Counted from the first letter of the stretch, positions 1-10,763 are shown. The stretch: 64,000 nt of DNA from Candidatus Latescibacterota bacterium (GCA_965248755.1 OZ252149.1:3104001-3168000), one strand, 5' to 3'. Made by a program: numbers and translations. Notes: generated by a model from the letters alone, not told the origin.

Positions 1-434
1 GTCGAGGCGTTAGGGTGCTCCTTTGGCTTTTCGTAAGAGAAGCGCCTAGGTAGGGTCTTCCCCTCGATCTTGAGACTGACCACGGCGATGAATCGTTTCA
101 CTCCCTCCAGGTCCACCGCTCCGCTAAGGTGGTCCCCGGACGGGGATAGCGTTACAGTCTTTGTCCCCCTGCCCGGAATCTGAAGGATAGCGCTGCCGGT
201 CACACCTGAGATCGGAAGGGTCTGTTCCTTTTTGTCCAGCAAATAGATGTGCACGGCCTGATGCTCCACAACCATCTCATAGTGGTAGTTTCCAGCAGTG
301 ACGACCAGGCCGCCGTGGGGCGACTTATGACCGTGTTCCTCCTGGGAGAGCGCCGGTGGCGCTGTCCAGAGTACCGCAATCATCGCGTACAGAGTCAGAT
401 GGAAGATCCACTCGATGCCGATTCTTCTGCTCAT
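1..434 (-). CDS. Exported His-motif protein, probable periplasmic metal-binding accessory of the RND operon; 3' end runs off the window
   Basis: Not in the ORF track; read by hand. ATG at 434 follows an AGGAG RBS. Translation MSRRIGIEWIFHLTLYAMIAVLWTAPPALSQEEHGHKSPHGGLVVTAGNYHYEMVVEH... gives a signal peptide then a His-rich GHKSPHGG motif. The frame stays open to position 1. Confidence 0.7.
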   Translation of the reverse strand, partial: MSRRIGIEWIFHLTLYAMIAVLWTAPPALSQEEHGHKSPHGGLVVTAGNYHYEMVVEHQAVHIYLLDKKEQTLPISGVTGSAILQIPGRGTKTVTLSPSGDHLSGAVDLEGVKRFIAVVSLKIEGKTLPRRFSYEKPKEHPNAS

Positions 435-536
435 AGTTTTCTTCTCCTGTAGAAAAGGGTCTCGCCAGCTTTGAGGGAACATAGCGTTATGCTGAACCCT
501 CCACAATGCGCGCTGACGTTGATATTTAACGCGTCT

Positions 537-3500
537 TTAGTCTTCTGCCCTGATCTCATCGACCTCCGGGGGTTCATTCTCGATCGGCGACTCCTGCTGT
601 GCCTTCAGGTACTTCTCCACCGCAGGCCGGCCGAATCTGAAGAAGACCGTCGGAGTAACGAACATGTCCAGCAGCGTGGAGCTCACCAGTCCTCCGAACA
701 CGACGAAGGCCAGAGGATAGAGGATCTCCTTGCCCGACTCGCCGGCGGCCAGCATCAACGGAAAGAGTCCCAGCCCGGTGGTCAGCGCCGTCATCAGCAC
801 CGGCACCAGCCGTTCCAGCGACCCCCGGATGATCATCTTTTCGTTGAACTGCTCTCCCTCCTCCTGTACCAGATGGATGTAGTGGGAGAGCATCATGATC
901 CCGTTCCTGGAGGCGATGCCGCAGAGCGTTATGAACCCGACCAGGGTGGCGACGGAGAGCACTCCGCCGGTGATGAAGACCGCGATCACACTCCCGATCA
1001 GGGCAAAGGGGATGTTGAGCATGATCTGCAAGACGATCCGGACCGACTTAAAGTGAGTGTAAAGGACCAGGAAGATCATCCCAACCGAGAAGATGCTCAA
1101 AATAGCGAGCAGTCTGCTGGCCGCCTGCTCACTTTCGAACTGCCCTCCGTAGGTCACGAAGTAGCCTGTAGGCAGATCCACCTGTGCCCGGACTTTCTCC
1201 TGGATTGCCCGCACTACGCTGTTGAGGTCTCGTCCGGCGGTGTTGCACTGGATCACGATCCGGCGGCGCGCGTTCTCGTGGGCAATGATGTTGGGCCCTG
1301 TGGTCTGGACCACATCGGCCACCAGACTGAGGGGAATCTTGGCGCCGGTGGGAGTATCGATCAGCGCGTTCTGGAGCGATGCCGGGTCATTCCGCGACTG
1401 TTCATCAAACTGCACTATCACATCGAAGGTCCGCTGTCCGTCCAGAATCTGAGAGACTACGCGGCCGCTGAAGGCCGTCTCCAGGGCCTCCGCAACCTCG
1501 GCCATGCTGAGTCCATACCGCATGGCCTGGTCTCGTCGGATATTGATCTTCACCTGGGGCACCAGCACCTGTTTCTCCACCTGGAGATCCACCACCCCGG
1601 GCACAGTAGCCATGGCGTCCCGGATCTCTCCGGCCTTGGTTCGCAGGACCTCCAGGTCCTCCCCGAAGAGCTTCACGGCCAGTTGTGCCCGGACGCCTGA
1701 GAGGAGGTGATCAATCCGGTGGGAGATGGGCTGGCCGATGTTGAGGACGGTACCCGAAATCTGAGAGACCCTCGCCCGAATATCCGCCAGGATCTCCGCC
1801 CGGCTCCGGTCGGATTCCTTCAGATCGACGTCGATCTCGGTGGAGTGCACTCCCTCGGCGTGCTCGTCCAGCTCCGCCCGACCTGTACGCCGTCCAGTCG
1901 AGACCACCTCCGGCACGCCTAAGAGGAGTTGCTCGGCGATCCTTCCGAGCCGGTTCGACTCTTCCAGAGAGGTTCCGGGCACGGAGAGGAGGTTGATCGT
2001 GGCGGTTCCCTCGTTGAAGGAAGGCAGGAACTCCCGCCCCATCAACAGCACGAGAGATGCTGCAACCAGGACCAGCGCGCCGGTGATCCCCATCACGGTG
2101 TAGGGGCGCTTCAGTGTGATCCGGAGCTGCTTTGTGTCCCAGTGCTTCAGCCACCGGACGAAGAAGCTATCCTCCTCTTTCTCCATGAACTTCGCCTTCG
2201 GCAGAAGGTAGACGCACAGCGCAGGCGTCACGGTCAGTGAGACCAGCAGCGAGGCCACGATCGACACGACATAGGCGATCCCCAGGGGCGTGAACATCCG
2301 TCCTTCCACACCGCCGAGAGCAAAGAGCGGCATGAAGACCAGAATCACAATAATGGTGGCGTAGACGATGGAGTTCCGGATCTCGCTGGAGGCTTTAAAG
2401 ACCACCCGCAGGGAGGATTCGGGATCAGGCCTTTGCCGGTTCTCCTTCAGACGCCGGAAGACATTCTCCACTCCTACAATGGCATCGTCCACTAACTCCC
2501 CCAGGCCCACAGCCAGCCCACCCAGCGTCATGGTGTTTACGGAGATGCCGGCGATCTTGAAGAAGATGGCTGTCGTGATGAATGAGAGCGGGATGGCCGT
2601 CAGGGTGATGAAGCTTGTCCGGAAGTTGAGCAGAAAGAGAAAGAGCACCGCCACCACCAGCACCCCCCCGTCCCGCAGGGCCTCCTTCACGTTGCGGATG
2701 GAAGCGTCGATGAAGTTGGACTGTCGAAAGAGGTGGGTGTCGATCTTCACGTCGGACGGCAGGGAACCTTTCAACTCTTCCACTGCCCGGTCGATCTGTT
2801 CAGTAAGGGGCATCGTGTCAGAACCGGGCTGCTTCTGCACCGTCAGGATCACTGCCGGAAGGCCGTCCATTCCGGCGTCGCCCCGCTTGAAAGGGGGACC
2901 GCCGTAGCGCACATCGGCCAGGTGTTTCACCAGGATCGGCGCCCCGTCCCGAACCGTCACCACCGCGTTGCCGATGTCCTCGAGCTGTGTGGTACGGCCG
3001 ATATTCCGGACCAGGTACTCCTGTCCGCCCCGAAAGAGAAACCCGCCGCCGGTGTTGACATTGGCAGCGGCAACGGCTGCTTCAAGCTCCTGAAGGCTCA
3101 CATTGAAATCCCGCAGTTTCTCCGGGAAGACCCGTACTTGGTACTGCTTCACGTCGCCGCCGATGACCGTCACCTGGGCGATGCCCGGAATAGTCAGCAG
3201 ACGCCGCCGCACTATCCAGTCGGCCAGGGTCCGCACCTCCATCGGCGAGGTGGATGTTCCGCTCATACCGATCAGCATGATCTCCCCCATGATGGAGGAG
3301 ATGGGTCCCATTACCGGGGTCACTCCTTCCGGGAGCTGTCCGACGGCCATCTGAAGGCGTTCGGAGACAAGCTGCCGATCCCGATAGATGTCGGTGCCCC
3401 ACTCGAACTCCACGAAGATGAGCGAGAGCCCGATGGAGGAGAAACTGCGGACGCGGCGGACACCTGGCGCCCCGTTCATCACAGACTCGATCTGGAGTGT

Positions 3501-3695
3501 AACCAGGGCCTCCACCTCCTCAGGCGCCAGGCCTTCGGCCTCGGCGAAGATGGTCACTCTCGGGCGGTTCAGGTCCGGAAAGACGTCCACCGGCAGGTCG
3601 AGGATGACCATTATCCCGTAGACCAACAGCAGCGCCGCCGCCGCTACGACGAAGAGCCTGTTTCTGATTGAAAAGGCCAGAAGTTTATTGATCAT
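537..3695 (-). CDS. CusA/CzcA-family heavy-metal efflux RND permease
   Basis: 1052 aa with LPVDVFPDL, GLAPEEVE, GELVDDAIVGVEN, ERLVPVLMTA and GGLVSSTLL motifs typical of HME-RND pumps. Confidence 0.95.
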   Translation of the reverse strand: MINKLLAFSIRNRLFVVAAAALLLVYGIMVILDLPVDVFPDLNRPRVTIFAEAEGLAPEEVEALVTLQIESVMNGAPGVRRVRSFSSIGLSLIFVEFEWGTDIYRDRQLVSERLQMAVGQLPEGVTPVMGPISSIMGEIMLIGMSGTSTSPMEVRTLADWIVRRRLLTIPGIAQVTVIGGDVKQYQVRVFPEKLRDFNVSLQELEAAVAAANVNTGGGFLFRGGQEYLVRNIGRTTQLEDIGNAVVTVRDGAPILVKHLADVRYGGPPFKRGDAGMDGLPAVILTVQKQPGSDTMPLTEQIDRAVEELKGSLPSDVKIDTHLFRQSNFIDASIRNVKEALRDGGVLVVAVLFLFLLNFRTSFITLTAIPLSFITTAIFFKIAGISVNTMTLGGLAVGLGELVDDAIVGVENVFRRLKENRQRPDPESSLRVVFKASSEIRNSIVYATIIVILVFMPLFALGGVEGRMFTPLGIAYVVSIVASLLVSLTVTPALCVYLLPKAKFMEKEEDSFFVRWLKHWDTKQLRITLKRPYTVMGITGALVLVAASLVLLMGREFLPSFNEGTATINLLSVPGTSLEESNRLGRIAEQLLLGVPEVVSTGRRTGRAELDEHAEGVHSTEIDVDLKESDRSRAEILADIRARVSQISGTVLNIGQPISHRIDHLLSGVRAQLAVKLFGEDLEVLRTKAGEIRDAMATVPGVVDLQVEKQVLVPQVKINIRRDQAMRYGLSMAEVAEALETAFSGRVVSQILDGQRTFDVIVQFDEQSRNDPASLQNALIDTPTGAKIPLSLVADVVQTTGPNIIAHENARRRIVIQCNTAGRDLNSVVRAIQEKVRAQVDLPTGYFVTYGGQFESEQAASRLLAILSIFSVGMIFLVLYTHFKSVRIVLQIMLNIPFALIGSVIAVFITGGVLSVATLVGFITLCGIASRNGIMMLSHYIHLVQEEGEQFNEKMIIRGSLERLVPVLMTALTTGLGLFPLMLAAGESGKEILYPLAFVVFGGLVSSTLLDMFVTPTVFFRFGRPAVEKYLKAQQESPIENEPPEVDEIRAED

Positions 3696-3708
3696 AAAAG
3701 CTCACCTC

Positions 3709-4872
3709 CTATTTGAGTCCCTGAGACCAGAGCTGATGAGCGCCCACGGTCACCACCCGCTCCCCTTGTGTCGCGCCGGTGCTCACCTCTATAAAATCTC
3801 CGTCCCTCTGCCCCAGGGTCACCTCCCGGGCAACAAATTCCTCGGGCTGCGTATGCACGTAGATCAGACTCTTGCTGTTGCCCTCAAGGATCGCAGCGAG
3901 GGGGACAGCGATAGCCGTTATGGGTTCACCTGTGTCGATATCCACCTGGGCGAACATACCTGCCTTGAGCCGGCCGTCGGGATTGGGCACTTCAAAGATG
4001 GCCTTTGCAGCCCGGGAGTCCTCATCCAGGGCCCCGCTCAAACCGACCAGTCGGCCTACAAACTGCTCACCTGGATAGGCTCTCGTCGTCACGATCGCGC
4101 GCTGTGCCTTCTCGACTCTGGGCAAATCGGTCTCGTAAACCGCGGCAGAGACCCAGAGGGGGTCCAGGCTGATGATCCGAAGGAGCCAATGATCGGCGTC
4201 CACCCGCTCGCCTACGACCACGTTGGCTTCTGTGACAGTCCCCGCGATAGGTGCGCTTACGTAGAGGTAGTGGACTGTTCGATCACCTTTGTGGACGACT
4301 TCGTACAGGCGCATTTCGTTAGATAGACGCGTGAATTCGGCCTTTGCTACTTCTACCCGTGCCTGGGCTTGCTGTAGTTCTTTGAGACTCGCGATCTGGC
4401 GGAGTTCCTGATGTCGGGCGTACTCCTGTTCAGCCTGCTTCAGCGCACTCTTCGCGGCGTTGTAGGCTGCCTCCAGAGCGAATTGGTCTGCTGGGAGCTG
4501 TTCGAGAACTGCCAGGACGTCACCGGGAACAACCTGATCTCCAATCCGGGCAATGGGATGATCTGGATCAGTAACAACCCGTCCGGACGTCACAGGGGCT
4601 ACATCGGCCTGACCGCCAGCACGTGGGATAAACCTGCCGACGGTCTCGATTTTGGTGGTCAGGATACGTTGTCGCGCCGGCTCAGTCCTGATACCTATCA
4701 AGAACTGTGTCTCCTTGGAGACGAAAAGGGGAGCACCGGTGGCGACGGTGCTCCCGGTCGACGACGGAGCCTCTTTATGATCATGGCCTCCGTTGGCGTG
4801 GACCTTCTCCGGGAATAGCGTCGCTGCCAGCATCCCGGCTATCACAACACATGATTTGATCAGCAGTTTCAT
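3709..4872 (-). CDS. RND efflux membrane-fusion protein (CzcB/CusB-like)
   Basis: Likely start MKLLIK at 4872 after an AGGAGG RBS. Has a signal peptide, a GGHDH motif, APIAGTV barrel-sandwich and NPDGRLKAGMF motifs. Confidence 0.9.
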   Translation of the reverse strand: MKLLIKSCVVIAGMLAATLFPEKVHANGGHDHKEAPSSTGSTVATGAPLFVSKETQFLIGIRTEPARQRILTTKIETVGRFIPRAGGQADVAPVTSGRVVTDPDHPIARIGDQVVPGDVLAVLEQLPADQFALEAAYNAAKSALKQAEQEYARHQELRQIASLKELQQAQARVEVAKAEFTRLSNEMRLYEVVHKGDRTVHYLYVSAPIAGTVTEANVVVGERVDADHWLLRIISLDPLWVSAAVYETDLPRVEKAQRAIVTTRAYPGEQFVGRLVGLSGALDEDSRAAKAIFEVPNPDGRLKAGMFAQVDIDTGEPITAIAVPLAAILEGNSKSLIYVHTQPEEFVAREVTLGQRDGDFIEVSTGATQGERVVTVGAHQLWSQGLK

Positions 4873-4874
4873 GA

Positions 4875-5438
4875 TTAATTCCTCCTTTTCTCTTTTCTCT
4901 TCGCACGGCGCCAGATAACGCCGACCAAGGTTATGGCCACCAGCGTTATCCCGAGCCAGATACCCCACACCCCCCAGCTCTGATGGCCTGCTTTATCATC
5001 CTCTTTTCCAACATGCAGGCCGCTCAGGGGAATCAGATCGATCCGTTCACCCGCAGTCACCATGGCGATCAGATCGTAGACGCCAGTATCTGGGAGCGCC
5101 AGTATCGTCCTGTATATCCCAGGTGTCTCGGTCGGACTCATCGTCAGGTTGACCTGTGCGTCGGGGATCTGAATCTCGACCTGTGCCCCGCCTACTGGCG
5201 CGTTTGTGGGAGCATCGGAGAGGAAGAGCGTCAGTTGGACCTCATTGGAGGGGTCTGCGAGGGGATACTTGATCACCACCTCAAACTGCTCCGTGGTCGC
5301 CCCCAGGACCTGCAGGTCGGAACCGTGAGCAGGTACAGTAGCCGTCTCCGACGCAGTGTGGTCTTTCCCTCCGTTAGCTTGTAAAGAAACCGGTACTATC
5401 AGAAGTAACAGAAGTGCAGTTATGCTACATATTCGCAT
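4875..5438 (-). CDS. Exported Ig-like (FixH/YtkA-like) protein with C-terminal membrane anchor
   Basis: Likely start MRICS at 5438 after GGAGG. Signal peptide, NGGKDH motif, PGIYR...G-Y beta pattern and a C-terminal TM helix followed by a basic tail. Confidence 0.6.
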   Translation of the reverse strand: MRICSITALLLLLIVPVSLQANGGKDHTASETATVPAHGSDLQVLGATTEQFEVVIKYPLADPSNEVQLTLFLSDAPTNAPVGGAQVEIQIPDAQVNLTMSPTETPGIYRTILALPDTGVYDLIAMVTAGERIDLIPLSGLHVGKEDDKAGHQSWGVWGIWLGITLVAITLVGVIWRRAKRKEKRRN

Positions 5439-5466
5439 CGGTTTACCTCCTCTATCTTTTTTCGAT

Positions 5467-6786
5467 CTATCGTGTCGCAGCCTTAAGGGGGCCGCCAACG
5501 GCCTGTTCAAGCCTGGCCAGAGCCTCGCGGTAGGCAAAGAGGACATCGAAGTAGGCAAGACGCATCCGGGAGATCCGATCGGTCTGGACGAGCAGGACGG
5601 TTAGGTCGAGTTCACCGGCCTCGTAAGCTTTCACGAGCAGATCAGCGTTCTGCTCAACACGCGGAAGCAGCAGTCGGTAGGACTCCTGCGCCTGTTTTAC
5701 CCCTATGAATCGCCGGTAGGCGCTGGTGACCTCCATTCTGATGCGCTGCTCCAGGGCCTCGCGCCTGGCCCTGGCTACGTTCTTTTCAGCCTTTGCCTCC
5801 TGCACGCCTGCCTGGTTTCGGTTCAGGAGGGGCAGCGGAAGCGCCACCTGGATGCGAAAGAGACGATCCCTATCGCGAATGCCCCCAATGCCTCCGATGA
5901 TCGCGGGATCGCCGGTGAAATCATCTGGCGTGAAAACCGTGCTCTCCTGGTCATAGGTGAGGGATATCTTCGGGTTAGGAATCGCAGATGCAAGCGCAAG
6001 ATCGATCCCTTTCTGGGCGGCCTGTTCCTCCAGGCTCGTCGCCACAAGATCCTGGCGTTTCTCTAAACTGAGTCGCACAAGTTGGTCAAGGCCGAGGTTA
6101 AGAGACATGAAAGTAGTGTCAGCCCTCACAGCAGTGACCTGTTCTTCAGGAAGGCCGAGGAGGAGATTCAAGTCAGCCAGGGCAGCCAGGGATTCGGCCT
6201 CCAGACGGGAGCGTTCAGCAGTGGCCAGGCCGAGTTCAGCAGCGATCAGGTTGACCTCCAGCTCAGAGATTTCGCCTGCCCGGTAGCGCAGCTCCGCGGC
6301 GACAGCCAGGCGTTCGTTTAGGGTTAGGATACTATCGGCCACTTTTAGTTTCTCACTGCTAAGGGCCTGGCGGTGATACGCAATTTTTACCTCACCCGTC
6401 AGGAGCTGCTCGAACCGCGCGATCTCGGCATGCACCCGATCCAGAGTCATATTGGCGATCCGCTTCCGTTTCCCGCGCTGGCCCGCGATCTCGATCTCCT
6501 GGGAAAGGGAGAGGCTGTATCCGCCGTTGCCCCGGTTGCCGAACAGGCGGTCGGAGGCACTCTCGAATTCAAATTCGGGATTGAAGGGGAGGAGGAGTCC
6601 TGCCAGTGTCCGCTGGCTTCTGGCAACACCCAGGCGCAATCGTTCGGCCTGCAGGTCCGGATTTCTGGCCCGGGCTTCGCTGAGAGCCTGCTGAAGGGTT
6701 AAAACTTCCTGGGGAATTGAGGTCATCGGAGCCCCCAGTAACAGGGCAACGAGACAGACCGACAGAAGAACTGGACGACAGAGCAT
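5467..6786 (-). CDS. TolC/CzcC-family outer-membrane efflux protein
   Basis: 439 aa with signal peptide and NPDL, LSQEIEIAGQRG, LPLPLLNRNQ and YEAGE motifs; first large gene of the RND operon. Confidence 0.9.
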   Translation of the reverse strand: MLCRPVLLSVCLVALLLGAPMTSIPQEVLTLQQALSEARARNPDLQAERLRLGVARSQRTLAGLLLPFNPEFEFESASDRLFGNRGNGGYSLSLSQEIEIAGQRGKRKRIANMTLDRVHAEIARFEQLLTGEVKIAYHRQALSSEKLKVADSILTLNERLAVAAELRYRAGEISELEVNLIAAELGLATAERSRLEAESLAALADLNLLLGLPEEQVTAVRADTTFMSLNLGLDQLVRLSLEKRQDLVATSLEEQAAQKGIDLALASAIPNPKISLTYDQESTVFTPDDFTGDPAIIGGIGGIRDRDRLFRIQVALPLPLLNRNQAGVQEAKAEKNVARARREALEQRIRMEVTSAYRRFIGVKQAQESYRLLLPRVEQNADLLVKAYEAGELDLTVLLVQTDRISRMRLAYFDVLFAYREALARLEQAVGGPLKAATR

Positions 6787-6954
6787 CTATTAAACTCCTT
6801 TCAGAAAAACCTATTGTGATGTCTATAAGCTGAAAAAGAGATCTAACTCACCGCTTTTAATGAAGAAGCAAGGAAATATGCAGATATACTACAGGAAACT
6901 ACACGACAAAAAGAAGAGAGGGAAGTATGAGAAAAGGATATTGAGTGCGGAGAA

Positions 6955-7368
6955 TTAAATCAGATAGGTCGAAAAGAGGGCATAGAGGGGCCCTTGCAGG
7001 CCACCGAAGGGGATTTTGAGGTAAGCAAGGATTGATTCGGACGTATGTAGAAGATCCGGCAGGAACAGCGTCGGGAAACCGCCTGAAGTGGCAACCTCCC
7101 CTGACAGAACCGGTTTGACCAGCAGGGAGGACGCTGTCAAGATGAACTCACCGGCCCCCCCGGCGAAAATGTGGAGACAGCACGCATCGGCATCCACTGG
7201 AGCAGCATCGTGGTGGTCTTCATCTCCACTTGCTTCCCCTGGGTGCACGTGTGAATGATTTTTAAGCAGCTCTACGAATTGCGCACAGAACGCCGCCGTT
7301 ATCTCCGGGAAGATACAGAGGCAAAGTACACAGAGGAGAGAATAGATGCCAAGTTTTTTCTTTTTCAT
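6955..7368 (-). CDS. Small exported His/Cys-rich protein upstream of czcC (CzcI-like position)
   Basis: Likely start MKKKKLG; hydrophobic N-terminus, HSHVH, DHHD and CC motifs. Confidence 0.5.
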   Translation of the reverse strand: MKKKKLGIYSLLCVLCLCIFPEITAAFCAQFVELLKNHSHVHPGEASGDEDHHDAAPVDADACCLHIFAGGAGEFILTASSLLVKPVLSGEVATSGGFPTLFLPDLLHTSESILAYLKIPFGGLQGPLYALFSTYLI

Positions 7369-7567
7369 AAACTTCGTCCTGCATATGTTAATATACTGGG
7401 CCTGGTCTATTGTCAATATACTGGACGCCCTGCCCTCGTTCAGGTTCCCAAGTTTTTGTGGCGTTTACCCAAATTCTTGGAAGGAACGGTTGAGAGCTTA
7501 GTCTTAGGACATAACCTGATGACTCTTCCTGTCTTTGCAGTGTGCCAATCAGAGGACAGCAGGAAAT

Positions 7568-7596
7568 AAGATACAAAAGAAGTTACTGGATGTCAA
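7568..7596 (-). promoter_or_regulatory. Candidate sigma70 promoter for the efflux operon
   Basis: TTGACA-17 bp-TATCTT on the minus strand. Confidence 0.5.
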
Positions 7597-7931
7597 TAGA
7601 AACTGCGCAAAATAACCCGGTTATCTCGCATAGTGAATTGCCCTGTCTGAAACCACTACTTTGTTCCCTTCCCATTGCCTTCCTGAATTATCCGTCCGTT
7701 CTTGCCATTACCTGACGTCTCCAGAACCCAGTATCAATCTATCTCCTGTCGCTCTGCCTTTTTGTATAGCGCGACTCTTTTCCAGTTCTCATCTTCACTG
7801 CTTTTGGTCATTGTACCTCCTTTGTTTTCTTTTATGGTTTCCCCAGCAGTCTGATTATGATTTTCTCTTGCAGAGTTCACTTCGCAAAATGATATGGACA
7901 GCTGAGAACAAGACAAGAACCATAGAAAACA

Positions 7932-8215
7932 CATACGGACCCCCTTTACAGAGCGACAAATATTTGGCAAATTGGGTTTTGAGGCTTGTCCCCGAGTGAT
8001 GCTGTCGGGGAAAGGAGGTCAAAGTGTCAAGCCCTGAAGTGAAAGATGGTAAGCGCTGGACGGTGATTGATAAGGCAGATGTAGTGCTGGCTCTTTTGAT
8101 AAGGAGCGGATGTATCGGAAGTATGTCGGGAAAATGGTATTAGCCAGTCGCAGGCGTATGCTTGGCGTGATAGTTTCTTAGAGGGAGGCCAGGAGAGTTT
8201 GAAGTCTCATCGTGT
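7932..8215 (+). mobile_element. Degenerate left-end and orfA fragment of the IS3-family element at 17.4 kb
   Basis: Aligns by eye with ~17383-17637 (GCGACAAATATTT..., AAAGATGGTAAGCGCTGGACGG, GCGTATGCTTGGCGTGATAGTTTC). It is frameshifted and carries an extra ~27-nt hairpin insert. Confidence 0.85.
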
Positions 8216-8330
8216 GACTGCGTTCGCGAGGATCATCTCGGGGACACGGCATGCCTGGCCATGGCCCACTTTCCGCAGTAAACTCCAAAATGGAGCTTCT
8301 GATCTAATATCTGACTTCTGCCTATAAAAG

Positions 8331-9458
8331 CTAAAGCACAGCCCGATCCACAAACCAGAACACCCCGAAGCAGAATATGACCGCAGACGCGCCGATGATC
8401 ACAACCGTCTCGTACCATCTGTATCTACTTGCATAATACAGGGCCGGGAATAATATAGATACGATTGCCAACTGTCCTGCTTCGACCCCGACGTTGAAAG
8501 ACAAAAGCGAAAGGATAAGCCCCTCCTTTGGGAGCCCCATCTCCCGCAATATGCCCGAAAATCCGAATCCGTGAACAAGACCAAAGAAAAACGTGATAAT
8601 CCACCTCTTGCTGCTGTCTTTGGTAAAAGGGAAAGATCGAAAATAGAAATAATATAGATTTTCCGCAGCTATGTAGGCGATAGAAAGGGCGATCCCCGCT
8701 TCGACTAACCTCGAGGGCAAAGAGACTACCTCCAAAGTAGCTACTATTAACGTTATACTGTGCGCTATGGTAAACGAAGTCACTATCTTGACCAGGTTCC
8801 CCAAGGTCTTTGCCAATATCAAAAGCCCCACCAAAAAGAGGATATGATCGTAGCCTGTAAATATGTGCTCTACGCCTAATTTCAGAAATTCGTATATCTG
8901 CGCCAGGAGCGATGTGCCTTTCCTATCTAGCTCAAGTTTATAGTCGTTAGCGGGGTTAAACACATGTTTTTGAACGTCATCGCCGAGATTTATCCTGGCA
9001 AAGTTCTGGTGCCTTAGATCTATATCGCTGAGTACCGTGCATTCGATTTTCAAGTCCTTTATTTCATCTTCACTTTGATAGATCATTGCGATCTGCAAAG
9101 ACGTGACGTGCAATCGGCCCTTGTGCGGCGTTTCGGACATTCTGAATCCCTGTAAAGAGGGCTGGCATCCGACGCCGTTATTGATAACTGTGATCTTCTG
9201 ACTCACATACGCAAATATCGCGTCTTTGTGCTCTTCTATCTCGTTCCTTGCGATCAACTTATCGCCGTCGCTGTCTATCCTTACGGCTTCAGAAAGGTCA
9301 GAGCTTGAGATAGAAAGTGTGTATCTAATACTTCTTTCCTGGACAGATATCTTCGAATAGCTAATAGTATTAGTATGCGCCCAAGCGTCATTTGCGGGTC
9401 GAACCCCTGCCATCGTCAGGGCCGCTATTCCTAACGACAAAAGAGCCTTTTTTAACAT
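8331..9458 (-). CDS. HupE/UreJ-family Ni/Co permease-like protein with N-terminal periplasmic domain
   Basis: Signal peptide ending AWAH; LGVEHIFTGYDHILF, FTIAHSITL, FGLVHGFGF and FNVGVE motifs. Confidence 0.9.
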   Translation of the reverse strand: MLKKALLSLGIAALTMAGVRPANDAWAHTNTISYSKISVQERSIRYTLSISSSDLSEAVRIDSDGDKLIARNEIEEHKDAIFAYVSQKITVINNGVGCQPSLQGFRMSETPHKGRLHVTSLQIAMIYQSEDEIKDLKIECTVLSDIDLRHQNFARINLGDDVQKHVFNPANDYKLELDRKGTSLLAQIYEFLKLGVEHIFTGYDHILFLVGLLILAKTLGNLVKIVTSFTIAHSITLIVATLEVVSLPSRLVEAGIALSIAYIAAENLYYFYFRSFPFTKDSSKRWIITFFFGLVHGFGFSGILREMGLPKEGLILSLLSFNVGVEAGQLAIVSILFPALYYASRYRWYETVVIIGASAVIFCFGVFWFVDRAVL

Positions 9459-9989
9459 TCCATCTGACCTCCTGTTCTTATATTTCCCTCAAAGTGTCGC
9501 AGAGCTTTTAGAAAATATAGTTACAGAGTTCTTCAAAGTCCAGATTTTTGGATCTACTGTCTATTCTTATCTTGTCAAACAGAGGAGAAATTGTTACATG
9601 TAAGATGTAAGAGGTCTTGAATATCTTTATCGAGTCAATCGCAGTTAGTTACTAACAGGAAAGAGAGAGGAGAGCTGATCGGTCAATATCTGTGAGTGTG
9701 CCTGTCGGATGACATATTTGCTTGCCTACAGAGACCGTAATTTGAGATTGTGCCGACGTCACTGGTTGTCTTAGATCAGGTTGCGAGTATCGATCTGATG
9801 CGAAGAGGAAGCCTGGGAATCGTAATCTGATGGATTGTCAGCACTCCTCTTACAAGGGGAAAGCAGTAGGGCCACAGCCGGCCAGAACAGCTAACACGAA
9901 GATCTTTCCCTCGTAGGAACTATACCTAAAAAGGTAATACAGCGACCGCAAGAGGGGCAAAGCTTTTTGCAATACGGAAGGCAAAACCT

Positions 9990-10763
9990 TTAAAACCTCT
10001 CAAAGTAGATAATTCTCAGCTCGCGGCTGGGTTCGTCACTTTTGGCTTTTGAAATGAGGTCTTTCACGTCGAACTCGAAGCTAAAATCTGAAGATATGTT
10101 CCATCTTGCGCCCGCGTTGAGGTAGCCTTCACCGGAGAAGAGATCATCTCTGTCGCTGTCATTGATCGCAAAATCGTACTCCACAAGGAGGGAAAGTTCC
10201 GAATTTATCCCTTTGTCCAATCCGATGTAACCTGAGATGTCGTCATTCTGGTCCTTATCCTCCAAAGTGCGATTTACTCCCCCGTGCAGACCCAATCTCC
10301 CAAAGGCTGTTGCAAAATTTCTGCTCAGGGCGGCATAGAAACCTTTTGACTTTATGTCGTATCTCTCATGTTCGTCATCGTAGCCTCCGAACCCTTGAGA
10401 TTCAAAGCCTATAACTAAAGCCGCAAAGCTTAACGATTCCTCAAAGAGCCTGTATTTTCCTCTAAATCCGACTTTTGGGTTCCAGTCTATATCCTGGCTC
10501 CCTATTATTCCCTCTCCTCCGAACGAAAAGCCCACTGAAAGCCTGTCCGCAAGGCCTACTCCGACAGCACCGAGTATGCCGCCTTTGTCGAACAGCCTGA
10601 GGTCTATGTCAAAACTGCCTTTTGGGAGCAATCCGGCTGTCGGGCTGTCTATGAGCCTTTCTATTTGAAGCGCTTGCTGACCTTCTGAAGGGGAATTTAG
10701 GATAGACAAAAAAAGAACCACCAAAATCAGCAGACAGTTGGCAGTAGACAATAGACGGGGCAT
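9990..10763 (-). CDS. YjbH-like outer-membrane beta-barrel protein; start uncertain
   Basis: Signal peptide, LIDSPTAG N-terminal motif, alternating beta-strand pattern and terminal Phe. Confidence 0.65.
   Translation of the reverse strand: MPRLLSTANCLLILVVLFLSILNSPSEGQQALQIERLIDSPTAGLLPKGSFDIDLRLFDKGGILGAVGVGLADRLSVGFSFGGEGIIGSQDIDWNPKVGFRGKYRLFEESLSFAALVIGFESQGFGGYDDEHERYDIKSKGFYAALSRNFATAFGRLGLHGGVNRTLEDKDQNDDISGYIGLDKGINSELSLLVEYDFAINDSDRDDLFSGEGYLNAGARWNISSDFSFEFDVKDLISKAKSDEPSRELRIIYFERF

Noticed and set aside
471..3671. Long plus-strand ORFs (409, 312 and 179 aa) over the RND gene, and similar shadow ORFs elsewhere
   Set aside because: They are antisense shadows of GC-rich coding sequence with no recognisable motifs.
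9480..9980. 500-bp intergenic region upstream of hupE/ureJ as a possible riboswitch or small gene
   Set aside because: I could not identify cobalamin or NiCo riboswitch consensus elements or a credible ORF by eye; an Rfam scan would settle it.
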